DNA from: an uncultured Chloroflexia bacterium
GTDB taxonomy: Bacteria > Chloroflexota > Limnocylindria > Limnocylindrales > CSP1-4
NCBI GenBank assembly: GCA_963833225.1
Contig: CAWHXD010000008.1
Coordinates: 576,001 to 640,000, forward strand
Reading direction: 5' to 3'
Length of the DNA: 64,000 nt
Positions 21,322 through 30,896 of this stretch are shown here, piece by piece. The stretch's first letter is position 1, and every line of letters starts with the position of its first letter. The notes beneath the pieces are model-generated. The model searched no databases and had not been told where the DNA came from. It saw only the letters and a list, made by a program, of their open reading frames with translations. The position numbers were made by a program, and so were the translations under genes.

Positions 21322-22824
21322 TCAGGCCGCCGGGGCGACGAGCGTCGCCGCCTCCAGGACCTTCTCCTGCGTCGCTTCCTCGCGGCTGAACTCCGCGGTG
21401 ATCCTGCCGCCCGCCATCACAAGCACGCGGTCGCTCATGCCAAGGATCTCGGGCATCTCGGACGAGACCATCAGGATGGCCTTGCCCTCCTTCGCCAACC
21501 CCGACATGAGCCGATGGATCTCGGCCTTGGCCCCGACGTCGATCCCTCGCGTCGGCTCGTCGATCATCAGGACATCGGGCAGCGTCAGCAGCCAGCGGGA
21601 GACCAGCACCTTCTGCTGATTGCCACCCGACAGGTTCTTGATCAGCTGCGAGAGCGACGGCGTCTTGATGGCCAGCGCCTCGCGCTGGCTCCGGCAAGCG
21701 ACCTCCATCTGACCCTTCCGGAGGATGCCGCCGGGGCTGAACCGGTTGAGGTTGGCGATCGTCATGTTGTCCCGGACGGACAGGGCGCCCATGATGCCCG
21801 TCAACTTCCGGTCCTCGGTCAGGAGGCCCATGCCAGCGTCGATCGCGTCGGCCGGGGACTGGATCGAGACCTTCTTGCCGCGGATCGTGATCTCGCCCGC
21901 GTCGGTCTTGGTGACCCCGAAGATCGCCTCGAGCACCTCCGTCCGGCCGGCACCCATAAGGCCGGCGAGGCCCAGGATCTCTCCCCGCTTGAGGTCGAAG
22001 CTGATGTCGCTGATCACGCCGTGCCGGGTCAGCCCCCGGACGGACATGACCACGTCGCCGATCTCGGCATCCTCCTTCGGGAACAGGTGGGTGAGCTCGC
22101 GACCGACCATCAGCGTGATCAGCTTCTGGCGATCGAGCGCGGAGGCGTCCTCGGTGGCGACATGCTTGCCGTCGCGGAAGACCGTGACCTTGTCCGCGAT
22201 CTTGAACACCTCGTCCATCTTGTGGGTGATGTAGATGACCGCCACGCCGCTCTCGCGCAGCGAGCGGATCATCCGGTGGAGGTGGTCAACCTCGCGCTCG
22301 GTGATGGCCGAGGTGGGCTCGTCCATGATGACCAGCTGGGCGTCCGTCGAGATCGCCTTGGCAATCTCGACCATCTGCATCTGCGCGACGCTCAGCGTCT
22401 TCATGACGCGCCGCGGATTGATGTCGATCGACCACTTGTCGAACACGGCCTGGGCGTCCGAGACGATGCGCCCCTTGTCAACCAGGCCAAACCTGTTGAC
22501 CGGTTCCCTGCCGAGGAACATGTTCTCCGCGACGGTCATCGCCGGAACCGGGGAAAGCTCCTGGTGGATCATCGCGATGCCGAGGCCGAGCGCCTTGGCG
22601 CTGTCGGGCACCTGGACCGGCTTGCCGTTGAGCTCGATGGTCCCGGCATCGGCGTGGTAGATCCCGGCAAGGACCTTCATCAGCGTTGACTTGCCCGCGC
22701 CGTTCTCGCCCATCAGGGCGTGGACGGTGCCCGCTTCCACCTCGAGGTGGACGTTGTCGAGCGCCTGGACCCCCGGGAATGCCTTGGAGATCCCCGTCAT
22801 CCGGAGGAGCACTGCCTCACTCAT
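21322..22824 (-). CDS. sugar ABC transporter ATP-binding protein (RbsA/MglA)
   Basis: [33 protein letters not shown]. Confidence 0.96.
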   Translation of the reverse strand: MSEAVLLRMTGISKAFPGVQALDNVHLEVEAGTVHALMGENGAGKSTLMKVLAGIYHADAGTIELNGKPVQVPDSAKALGLGIAMIHQELSPVPAMTVAENMFLGREPVNRFGLVDKGRIVSDAQAVFDKWSIDINPRRVMKTLSVAQMQMVEIAKAISTDAQLVIMDEPTSAITEREVDHLHRMIRSLRESGVAVIYITHKMDEVFKIADKVTVFRDGKHVATEDASALDRQKLITLMVGRELTHLFPKEDAEIGDVVMSVRGLTRHGVISDISFDLKRGEILGLAGLMGAGRTEVLEAIFGVTKTDAGEITIRGKKVSIQSPADAIDAGMGLLTEDRKLTGIMGALSVRDNMTIANLNRFSPGGILRKGQMEVACRSQREALAIKTPSLSQLIKNLSGGNQQKVLVSRWLLTLPDVLMIDEPTRGIDVGAKAEIHRLMSGLAKEGKAILMVSSEMPEILGMSDRVLVMAGGRITAEFSREEATQEKVLEAATLVAPAA

Positions 22825-22895
22825 CCCCTGCCTCACGCTGCCCGCCTGCCGCCGGCCGGGGCCCACACCCCGGCTGCGTTCAGGCCCATGAACAA

Positions 22896-22929
22896 GGTTC
22901 GGAGGCCCGGCGAACCGGGCCTCCGAACC
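22896..22929 (-). terminator. perfect 15-bp stem with UUCG loop after the binding-protein gene (stabiliser/attenuator)
   Basis: ggttcggaggcccgg-cgaa-ccgggcctccgaacc. Confidence 0.75.
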
Positions 22930-22977
22930 GTACCACTCAGGTTTGTGCGACGGTCGGCGGTACCGACCGTCGCGATC

Positions 22978-23982
22978 CTAGTTGGCGCCCAGGTAGTCGT
23001 TGATGTTCGCCGGGGTGACGAGCACGTAGGGGATATCGACGTAGTCGGGAACCGCGACGCCGTTGATCAGGTCGACCGCGGCCTGCACGCCGCCCTCGCC
23101 CTGGCCCTTGGCGTCCTGGAAGACGGTGACCGCAAGGTCGCCGGCCTGCATGGCGGCCAGGGCCTCGGACGTGGCGTCGACGCCGCCGACAAGGACGCCG
23201 TCGCCGGCCGTCAGCGGGATCTGTGCGGCCTTCAGCGCGTTGATCGCGCCGAGCGCCATCTCGTCGTTGTTCGCGCACACGACCATGCCGGCCTTGAGGG
23301 TGCCGGACTGGATCCAGTTCTCGGTGATGGACTGGCCCTTGGCGCGGTCCCAGTCGCCGGCCTGCGTGGCGACGACCGTCATGCCCGCCGCGGCGGCCTT
23401 CTCGTTGCAGCCCTGGGTCCGGAGGACCGCGGCCTCGTTCGTGACCTGGCCCTGGAGGATGACGACGTCACCCTTGTTGCCAACCAGCTTGGCGAGCTCT
23501 TCCATCTCGACCTGGCCCGCGTAGAGGGAGTCGGAGCCGACGTACGGCACGCCCGCGATGGATGGGTTGCGGTTGACGAACACGATCGGGATGCTCGCGG
23601 CCTTGGCGGCATCCGCCATCGGCTGGGCGGCGCTGGTGTCGACCGGGACCACGATGATCGCGCTGACGCCCTGCGAGACGAAGTTCTCGACCTGGGACAG
23701 CTGCGCGGCGGTGTCGTCCTTGGCATCCGTGATGGTCACGGTGACGCCCAGCTCGGCGGCCTTGGCCTTCATGCCGTCCTGGACGCGGCTCAGGAAGGTG
23801 TCGCTGTTGGGGAACGCGACGCCGATGGTGATGTCGCCGGCCGGCGCCATGCTCTCGGGCGCCATGCTGTCGGCGGGCGCCGTGGTCGGGGCAGTGGTGG
23901 CCGCTCCGCCACCGCAGGCACCCAGGATGAGGGCGCCGGTGACCATCAGGCCGGCGACGCGCCCCGTGAACTTGAGATTTAT
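22978..23982 (-). CDS. sugar ABC substrate-binding lipoprotein (inositol-type)
   Basis: Lipobox LGAC, IPIVFVNR, YVGSD, ANNDEMALGA, TVFQDAKGQG. GGAGGAG RBS precedes an in-frame ATA at 23982; the first ATG is at 23946. Confidence 0.93.
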   Translation of the reverse strand: MNLKFTGRVAGLMVTGALILGACGGGAATTAPTTAPADSMAPESMAPAGDITIGVAFPNSDTFLSRVQDGMKAKAAELGVTVTITDAKDDTAAQLSQVENFVSQGVSAIIVVPVDTSAAQPMADAAKAASIPIVFVNRNPSIAGVPYVGSDSLYAGQVEMEELAKLVGNKGDVVILQGQVTNEAAVLRTQGCNEKAAAAGMTVVATQAGDWDRAKGQSITENWIQSGTLKAGMVVCANNDEMALGAINALKAAQIPLTAGDGVLVGGVDATSEALAAMQAGDLAVTVFQDAKGQGEGGVQAAVDLINGVAVPDYVDIPYVLVTPANINDYLGAN

Positions 23983-24064
23983 CTGTGCTCTTCTCCTCCG
24001 CCAATGTGGCTTGGTCGATCACGGGTCGCCGATCGTTCCGCGCCGGTCGGACCCTCCAAGGTCG

Positions 24065-24124
24065 CGGAAACGATTACGCCGCGTAATCGATTGCAAGGGT
24101 AGGTGAGACGACGCGTCGCGTCAA
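24065..24124 (-). promoter_or_regulatory. promoter + LacI-type operator (CGTAATCGATTGCA 24082-24095; degenerate second site 24065-24078)
   Basis: Minus strand TTGACG-17 bp-TACCCT, then the operator. Confidence 0.8.
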
Positions 24125-24434
24125 CCCCTTTGTCCGAGGTCGCAGCGGCGGCAACCTTCCCGGCCTCTGCCTGCAATCCGCCAAGGATGTCCCATCCTCC
24201 GTCTCCGCGCCAACTCACCCGCTGATCACCCCGGGTGAACACTTCGAACCCGAGGGTGGCTGAAGGGGCCGCGCTGGCGGCGCTGGCGCCTGGTTGCTGA
24301 CGTTGGGTGAACGAACCGGCAGGCAGCCTGGCTCCGGGCCGATGTCGACCAGCAAGCGTTGACGGTGAGTGAAGCAAGGGGTCTGCGGCGTCGGCAGTGC
24401 CCGCACTGGGGACCAGGATCGCGGATGGTAGGGA

Positions 24435-25366
24435 TCAGTGGTCGGTCCAGATCCTCCGTACCCGCTCCGCGACGCGCTCGGGCGTCAGGCCGTGCCGCTC
24501 GAGGAGCCACGCATTGGGGGCCGATTCCCCCACGTGTCCTCGATGCCGATGCGGATCATGGGCCGCGGCTCGTGCGTGACCAGGATCTCGGCCACGAGAC
24601 CACCGAGGCCGCCGGCCACCGTGTGCTCCTCCACCGTGACCACCATGGCCGCTTCGGCGGCGGCCGCGGCGATGGCCTCCTCGTCGCAGGGCTTGATCGA
24701 TGGCACGTGGAGGACGCCGGTGAAGAATCCTTCCGCGGCGAGCAGCTCCGCCGCCGCGAGCGTCCGGGCGGTCTGCTGCCCGGTGGACACGAGCAGCACA
24801 TCCCCGCCCTCGCGGAGCATGACCACGCGGCGCGGCTCGAACACGTAGTCCGTGCCGAACACATCCGGACCGGCCTCACGCCCCAGGCGCAGGTACACGG
24901 GACCTGGCGTCGCGGTGGCCCAGCGGGTCATCGCGGCGGTCTCGGCGGCGTCGACGGGCGCGAGCACGGTCATCCCCGGCATCGCCCGCATCACCGCGAG
25001 GTCGCTGACGTCCACGTGGGTCTTGCCCGAGAGGCCCGCCATCAGCCCGGTGTAGGCAGCGCCGATCTTGACGTTCGCGTGCGTCTGGGCCAGCGCCATC
25101 CGGACCTGGTCCAGCGCCCGGTTGGTGAAGAAGATCCCGAACGAGCTGAGCCAGGGCACGTAGCCGCAGAACGACAGCCCGGCCGCCGTCCCGACCATCC
25201 CCTGCTCCGCGATCCCCATCTGCAGGAACCGGTCCGGGTAGGCCGTGGCGAACGTGTCGGCCTTCGTGGACGTCGCGAGGTCCGCATCCATGACCAGCAG
25301 GTCCGGGTTGGTCGCGGCGAGCTCCACGAGGGTCTCGGCCCAGACGTCGCGTTGCGCCCTGCTCAC
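24435..25366 (-). CDS. transketolase C-terminal (pyrimidine-binding) subunit; frameshift ~24530
   Basis: DADLATST, MGIAEQ, GKTH, PGPVYLRLGR, VTVEEHTVAGGLG. Confidence 0.9.
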
Positions 25367-26268
25367 GGCACGCGGCCCTCCCCGTCCAGCTCGCGCCGGG
25401 CGGCCTCCGTCTCTTCGGCCGTGGCCGGGCGAGCGTGCCACTCGGAGCGGCCCTCGGTGAACGAGATGCCGCGGCCCTTGACCGTATGGGCGAGGATCGC
25501 CGTGGGCGTGTCCCCGGCGCTGGTGGACCGGGCATCCTCGCAGGCCGCGAGGATCTGGCCGAAATCGTGGCCGTCGATCTCGAGCACCCGCCAGCCGAAG
25601 GCCTCGAACGCCCCCCGGAGGTTGATGCCGGCCCATGGGTCGCGCCGGTTCCCGCGGTGCTCCTCGCCCTCCTCGAGCGGCCAGCCGTATTGCTGCATGC
25701 CGTTCCAGTCCACGATCGCCGTCAGGTTGCCGGCGCCATGGCGTGGGGCGACGTGCACGGTCTCCCAGACCTGGCCCTCCTGCGTCTCGCCGTCGCCGAG
25801 CATCGCGAACACCTGGCTCGGCAATCCGCGGCGGCGGGTGCCCATGGCCAGGCCCAGCGCGATCGAGATCCCCTGCCCCAGCGAGCCCGTCGACGAGTCG
25901 AGCCCGGGCAGCTTGAGCATGTCCGGGTGACCCTGGAGCCGGCTGCCCTCTCCGTCGAACGTCAGCAGCTCGGCCTCGGGGAAGTAGCCGCGCATCGCCA
26001 TCACGGTGTACAGCGCGATGGCGCTGTGGCCCTTGGACAGGACAAACCGGTCGCGCTCCGGCCAGTCGGGGCGCGCCGGGTCGATCCGCATCACGCGGAA
26101 GTAGAGCGCCACCAGCAGGTCCATCGCGGACAGCGGGCCGCCCACGTGGCCCGCCCCGGAATGGGCGACGGTCTCGATGACATGGAGGCGCCCGCGTCGG
26201 GCAAGCGCCTCGAGCTCCGCGTGGGGTCCGGCGCCGGCAGGCGTGCCCGGGGACGCGAGGCCGGCCAT
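25363..26268 (-). CDS. transketolase N-terminal (ThDP-binding) subunit
   Basis: GHVGGPLS, RDRFVLSKGH, LQGHPD, STGSLGQG, LGDGETQEGQVWE, HTVKGRG. Confidence 0.92.
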   Translation of the reverse strand: MAGLASPGTPAGAGPHAELEALARRGRLHVIETVAHSGAGHVGGPLSAMDLLVALYFRVMRIDPARPDWPERDRFVLSKGHSAIALYTVMAMRGYFPEAELLTFDGEGSRLQGHPDMLKLPGLDSSTGSLGQGISIALGLAMGTRRRGLPSQVFAMLGDGETQEGQVWETVHVAPRHGAGNLTAIVDWNGMQQYGWPLEEGEEHRGNRRDPWAGINLRGAFEAFGWRVLEIDGHDFGQILAACEDARSTSAGDTPTAILAHTVKGRGISFTEGRSEWHARPATAEETEAARRELDGEGRVP

Positions 26269-27153
26269 CAGGCCGGGGCCAGGCGCCCGAGCAGCGCTTC
26301 GAGGTACTCCCGGTTGGCCCGCGCGACGTCCTTGGGATCGTCGGGCGTGGTGTCCTGCTCCAGGACGAACCAGCCGTCGTAGCCGCGGTGGAGCAGCGCG
26401 TCCACGACCTCCGGGATCTGGGCGATCCCCTCCCCGAGGGCGGGGAAGATCCAGGTCTTGAGCGCCTGGCCGAAGCTCCACTCCTCGGCGCGCGCGCGTG
26501 GCGAGCACGTCGCCGTTGACGTCCTTGAGGTGGATGTGCCGCACGCGATCCCCGTAGGTGCCGAGCATCTCGAGGCTGTTGCCGCCGCCATAGGCCAGGT
26601 GCCCGACATCGAGGCACCAGCCGACCCTGGCCGGGTCCGTCTCGTCGAGGAGACGGGCGGTCTCGGCGGGGGTCTCCACGTACGTGCCCACGTGGTTGTG
26701 GAAGACGACGCTCATGCCCAGCGGTGACAGGTTGTCGGCAAGATCGTGGAGCCCGCGCGCGAGGTTGCTCCACTGCTCGTCGGTCAGACCGGCGGCCTCG
26801 TTGACGTGGCCCGCCTCAGCCCGGCGGCGGTCGTCGCCACCTTCCGCGGCGATCAGGAGCCGGCCACCGGTGGCGTGGAGCCGGTGGGCGATCGCCATCG
26901 CCTTGGCCATCTCCGCGTCATGCCGGTCCGCGTCGCGGAAGCCCAGGCCGACGAACGCCCCGACCATCTCCAGGCCGCGCTTGTCCAGCTCGACCTTGAG
27001 CTCGGCCGGGTCCTCGGGCATGCCGGGGCCCCACTCGGTGGCGTCGTAGCCCGCCTCGACGAACTCGTCCATCATCTGCCCATAGGGCAGCCAGGCGCGG
27101 TACTCGGGAACGTCGGGGTTGTTCCAGTTGACGGGTGCGGTCGCGATTCTCAT
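26268..27153 (-). CDS. iolE: myo-inosose-2 dehydratase-like; frameshift ~26495
   Basis: APVNWNN, FHNHVGTYVE, CLDVGH, HIHLKD, GWFVLEQD. TGATG overlap with iolD. Confidence 0.75.
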
Positions 27154-29039
27154 CACAGCAGCTCGGCTCGCTGGCGGCCCAACGCCACCTCGTACTTCTC
27201 GCGCGCGGCGTTGACCGTGTCCGACCCGGACACGGCCGCGACCGGCACGTCCCACCAGGAGTCATAGCCCGGGGCCCGCTTGTCGGGGCTCACCGCCACG
27301 TGGATCACGGTGACGCCATCGTGCTCGCGGCCCGCGGCCACGGCGGCGCGGATGTCGTCCTCCGTGCGGGCATAGAACCCCAGAGCACCCATCGACTCGC
27401 CGTGCTTCTTGAAGTCCACCGGGATGTAGCCGCCGGTGAGCCGGCCGCTCTTCCCCTCGCGGAACCGCAGCTCGTTGCCAAACTGGGGCACCCCGCAGTT
27501 CCAGGCGAGATCCTTGATGCACTGGTAGCCATGGTTGTCGAAGACCACGATCGTGAGCTTGATGCCCTCGGCGACCGCGGTCACGATCTCCGAGTTGAGC
27601 ATCAGGTAGGTGCCGTCGCCGATGGCGACCACGACCTCTCGCTCCGGCTCCGCCATCTTGATCCCGATCCCGGCGGGGATCTCGTAGCCCATGCAGGAGT
27701 AGCCGTACTCGAGGTGGTAGGCCTTGCTGTCCTCGGGCCGCCACAGCTTGAGCAGGTCGCCCGGCAGCGAGCCGGCCGCGCACACGATCGTCGCGTGCCC
27801 ACCCACCGCGTCGTTGAGGATGCCGATGACCTCGGGCTGGGCAAGATCGCCGCCGTCATCGACGGGCGTGCGATGGAAGGTGACCCGCTCGTCCCACTCG
27901 GCCTTGAGCGATGCGACCCGGGCCCGGTAGTCCTGGGCGGTCCCCTGGTGGGCAACGGCTGCCAGCCCGGCGCCGATGGCGTCGAGGGCGGCGCGCGCGT
28001 CCGCGACCACCTGGACGGAGCGCATCTTGCCGGCATCGAAGGCGTTGACGTTGATCCCGACGAAGGTGACATCCGGATCCTGGAAGGCGGTCCGCGAGGC
28101 GGTGACGAAGTCACCCATCCGCGTGCCGACCCCGATCACGAGGTCAGCCTCGCGCGCCAGCCGGTTGGCTGCCAGGCCACCGGCAGACCCGATCGGCCCC
28201 ACGTTCCACGGGTGGTTCCAGGGCAGCACGCCCTTGCCGGCCTGAGACTCGGACACGGGGATGCCGTGCTTGGTCGCCAGCGCGTCCAGGGCAGCCTCGG
28301 CTCCCGAGTAGATGGCCCCGCCGCCGGCCACGATCAGTGGCCGCTTTGCCGCCCGGATGAGGGCGACGACCTCGTCGGTCACCTCCGCCTCGGGCCGTGG
28401 ACGGCGGACGCGCCAGACGCGCTTGTCGAAGAACCGCGCCGGCCAGTCGTAGACCTCGGCCTGGACGTCCTCCGGCAGGGACACGGTGACGGCACCGGTG
28501 TCGGCCGGGTCCGTGAGCACGCGGAAGGCCTCCGGCAAGCTCGAGATGAGCTGTTCCGGGCGGGAGATGCGGTCGAAGTAGCGCGACACCGGACGGAAGG
28601 CATCGGACGCGGAGACATCGTGCTCCACCGGATGCTCCACCTGCTGGAGCACCGGATCCACCAGGCGGTTGGCGAAGTAGTCCGAGGGCAGGAGGAGTAC
28701 CGGCAGGCGGTTCACCGAGGCCGTGGCGGCACCCGTGATCATGTTGGTGGCGCCGGGGCCGATGGAGCTGGTGCACGCGAACGCGCGGAGCCGGTTGTTG
28801 TGCTTGGCAAAGGCCGCGGCCGCATGGACCTGCGCCTGCTCGTTCTGGGGCCGGTAGTACGGCATGTCGTACTCGTCGCCCAGCTCCTCGAGGGCCTGGC
28901 CAAGGCCCGCGACGTTGCCATGGCCGAAGATCCCCCAGACGCCGGCGATGAACCGCTGCTGGCGGCCGTCGCGCTCCACGTACTGCGCGGCCATGAAGCG
29001 GACGATGGCCTGCCCCACCGTCAGTCGAATCGTGCTCAA
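27153..29039 (-). CDS. iolD: 3D-(3,5/4)-trihydroxycyclohexane-1,2-dione acylhydrolase
   Basis: GIFGHGNVAGLGQAL, TSSIGPGATNM, AAGSLPGDL, YHLEYGYSCMGYE, SWWDVPVA. Confidence 0.96.
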   Translation of the reverse strand: MSTIRLTVGQAIVRFMAAQYVERDGRQQRFIAGVWGIFGHGNVAGLGQALEELGDEYDMPYYRPQNEQAQVHAAAAFAKHNNRLRAFACTSSIGPGATNMITGAATASVNRLPVLLLPSDYFANRLVDPVLQQVEHPVEHDVSASDAFRPVSRYFDRISRPEQLISSLPEAFRVLTDPADTGAVTVSLPEDVQAEVYDWPARFFDKRVWRVRRPRPEAEVTDEVVALIRAAKRPLIVAGGGAIYSGAEAALDALATKHGIPVSESQAGKGVLPWNHPWNVGPIGSAGGLAANRLAREADLVIGVGTRMGDFVTASRTAFQDPDVTFVGINVNAFDAGKMRSVQVVADARAALDAIGAGLAAVAHQGTAQDYRARVASLKAEWDERVTFHRTPVDDGGDLAQPEVIGILNDAVGGHATIVCAAGSLPGDLLKLWRPEDSKAYHLEYGYSCMGYEIPAGIGIKMAEPEREVVVAIGDGTYLMLNSEIVTAVAEGIKLTIVVFDNHGYQCIKDLAWNCGVPQFGNELRFREGKSGRLTGGYIPVDFKKHGESMGALGFYARTEDDIRAAVAAGREHDGVTVIHVAVSPDKRAPGYDSWWDVPVAAVSGSDTVNAAREKYEVALGRQRAELL

Positions 29040-29089
29040 CGCCAACGCTCCTCTCGCCTGTCCATCGACTCCGGCCACCGCTCCGTGGT

Positions 29090-29228
29090 CGCGTTCCGTT
29101 CCGGTGCGGGGTCGCGTTCCGTTGCGGCGGGTCACGATCCGTTGCGTTGCGGTCTCGCGGTCCGTTCCGTTGCGGTCTCGCGGTCAGCTCCGGCGGGGCG
29201 CCACGTGCTCCGTTGCGGTTCTCGCGGT
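29090..29228. repeat. degenerate short-unit repeat (gttccgttgcggtctcgcg-like) in the iolD leader
   Basis: About 5 imperfect units. Confidence 0.55.
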
Positions 29229-29241
29229 CAGCACCGGTTGG

Positions 29242-29285
29242 TGCAATCGATTACAAGTCTACCTTGCCAGTGCGAGCGAGGACAA
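29242..29285 (-). promoter_or_regulatory. iolD promoter + operator TGCAATCGATTACA (29242-29255)
   Basis: Minus strand TTGTCC-18 bp-TAGACT, with the operator immediately downstream. Confidence 0.75.
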
Positions 29286-29387
29286 CCCCAATGTTCTGAT
29301 GCGGAATGGTCAGGCGGCGGGCTCGCAGCACCAGCCGCGAGCTCGTGTGGCCGGCTGGGTGTGGCGTGCAGGCCGCCGGTGCTCGCC

Positions 29388-29663
29388 GTTGCCTCCCAGG
29401 CAACGAAACGCGCCGGAGCTGGCTCCGGACCCCCGACCATTGCCTCCCAGGCAGCGAAACCCGGCCGAGCTGGCTCCGGACCCTAGGACCGTTGCCTGCC
29501 AGGCAACAAGTCGGGCGTGAAGCGTCGGCCGGGGGCGGAATCGTTGCCTGCCAGGCAACAAGTCGGGAGTGAAGCGTCGGCCGGGGGCGGAATCGTTGCC
29601 TGCCAGGCAACAAGTCGGGAGTGAAGCGTCGGCCGGGGGCGGAATCGTTGCCTGCCAGGCAAC
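29388..29663. repeat. array of six 17-bp palindromes GTTGCCT-SCC-AGGCAAC, 51-52 bp period
   Basis: Copies at 29388, 29439, 29491, 29543, 29595, 29647. Spacers 1-2 resemble each other and spacers 3-5 are near-identical. Confidence 0.92.
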
Positions 29664-29674
29664 AAGTCGGAACC

Positions 29675-29717
29675 TTGACGCCGGGGCGAACGGGCGAGTA
29701 GGCTGCAATCGATTACG
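29675..29717 (+). promoter_or_regulatory. lacI-family gene promoter with autoregulatory operator TGCAATCGATTACG (29704-29717)
   Basis: TTGACG (29675)-18 bp-TAGGCT (29699), overlapping the operator. Confidence 0.8.
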
Positions 29718-29854
29718 TGTGCCCGTGTCGTGCCCATCGCGCGGGTCGTTCATCGGGAGGACCTTGGGATGCTGCCAGCTCGGGTCGCCGCGGGCCTGCC
29801 AGCTCGGGTCGCCGCGGGCCTGCTCGCCCGCTCCGGCGCCCGCGGGGTCCAGGA

Positions 29855-30889
29855 ATGACCGAGCGCGCGAGCCCCGCCACGATCCGCAACGTCGCGGACC
29901 GGGCGGGGGTGTCGACGGCCACCGTCAGCAGGGTGCTCGCGGGGATCGGCCACCCCAAGCCCGATACCGCGGCTGCCGTGATGCGCGCCGTGAAGGACCT
30001 GGGCTACCGGCCCTCCGGGGTCGCCCGATCGCTGCGAATGAAGCGCACGCGGACGCTGGGCCTGATCATCACGGACATCGAGAACCCGTTCTTCCCGGAG
30101 CTCGTGGTCGCCGCGGACTCCGCGGCCCGCAGCCGGGACTACTCGATCATCTTGGGCAGCGCCGCCTACGACGAGCATCGGGCGATGCACTATCTCGACC
30201 TCATGGTCGACCGCCGGGTGGATGGCCTGATCATCGCGTCGAGCCAGCTCTCGGACCAGAGCTGGGAATGGCTGGAAGGGTCCCCGGTCCCGGTGGTGGT
30301 CGCCAACGCGGAGCCCAGCGGGCTCGGCGTGCCGGTCATCACCAGCGACAACGTGGGCGGAATGCGGCTGGCCGTTGAGCACCTCGTCGGCCTCGGCCAT
30401 CGCAAGCTGGCGTACATCCGCGGCTACGAGGGGTTCACGGCCGACGCGCCGCGGTTCGAGGGGTTCCGGGCGGCCTGCGCCGATGCCGGGCTCGCCGCCT
30501 CGGACCTTGTGGAGATCCGGGGCGACGGCCAGTTCGAGGGTGGCGAGCACGCGATGGCGGAGCTGCTCGCCCAGGGCTCCTCCATCACCGGGGTCATCTG
30601 TCACAACGACGTGACGGCAATCGGCGCGATGCGGGCGATCCGCACCGCGGGCCTGAGCATTCCGCGGGACATCAGCGTCGTGGGCTGCGACGACATCGCG
30701 GCGGCGTCATGGGTCACCCCGGCCCTCACCACCGTCGCCCAGCAGAAGGCGGAGATGGGGCGGCTGGCGGTTGAGCAGCTGGCGGCGGCCCTCGACGATC
30801 CCCTCCAGCCCGGCGCGGCGGAGACCGTCCGGATCCCGATGCTCCTTCGCGTGCGCGAGTCCAGCGGCCCCGCGCGGACGGACGGGTAG
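29855..30889 (+). CDS. LacI-family repressor, likely the inositol regulon regulator
   Basis: TIRNVADRAGVSTATVSRVL, LGYRPS..ARSL, NPFF, CHNDVTAIG, PALTTV. Confidence 0.95.
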   Translation: MTERASPATIRNVADRAGVSTATVSRVLAGIGHPKPDTAAAVMRAVKDLGYRPSGVARSLRMKRTRTLGLIITDIENPFFPELVVAADSAARSRDYSIILGSAAYDEHRAMHYLDLMVDRRVDGLIIASSQLSDQSWEWLEGSPVPVVVANAEPSGLGVPVITSDNVGGMRLAVEHLVGLGHRKLAYIRGYEGFTADAPRFEGFRAACADAGLAASDLVEIRGDGQFEGGEHAMAELLAQGSSITGVICHNDVTAIGAMRAIRTAGLSIPRDISVVGCDDIAAASWVTPALTTVAQQKAEMGRLAVEQLAAALDDPLQPGAAETVRIPMLLRVRESSGPARTDG

Positions 30890-30896
30890 CAGGGAC

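Noticed and set aside
29388-29663. Canonical CRISPR array
   Set aside because: Core repeat is only 17 bp, spacers are duplicated, and there are no cas genes. Kept as an unexplained repeat array.
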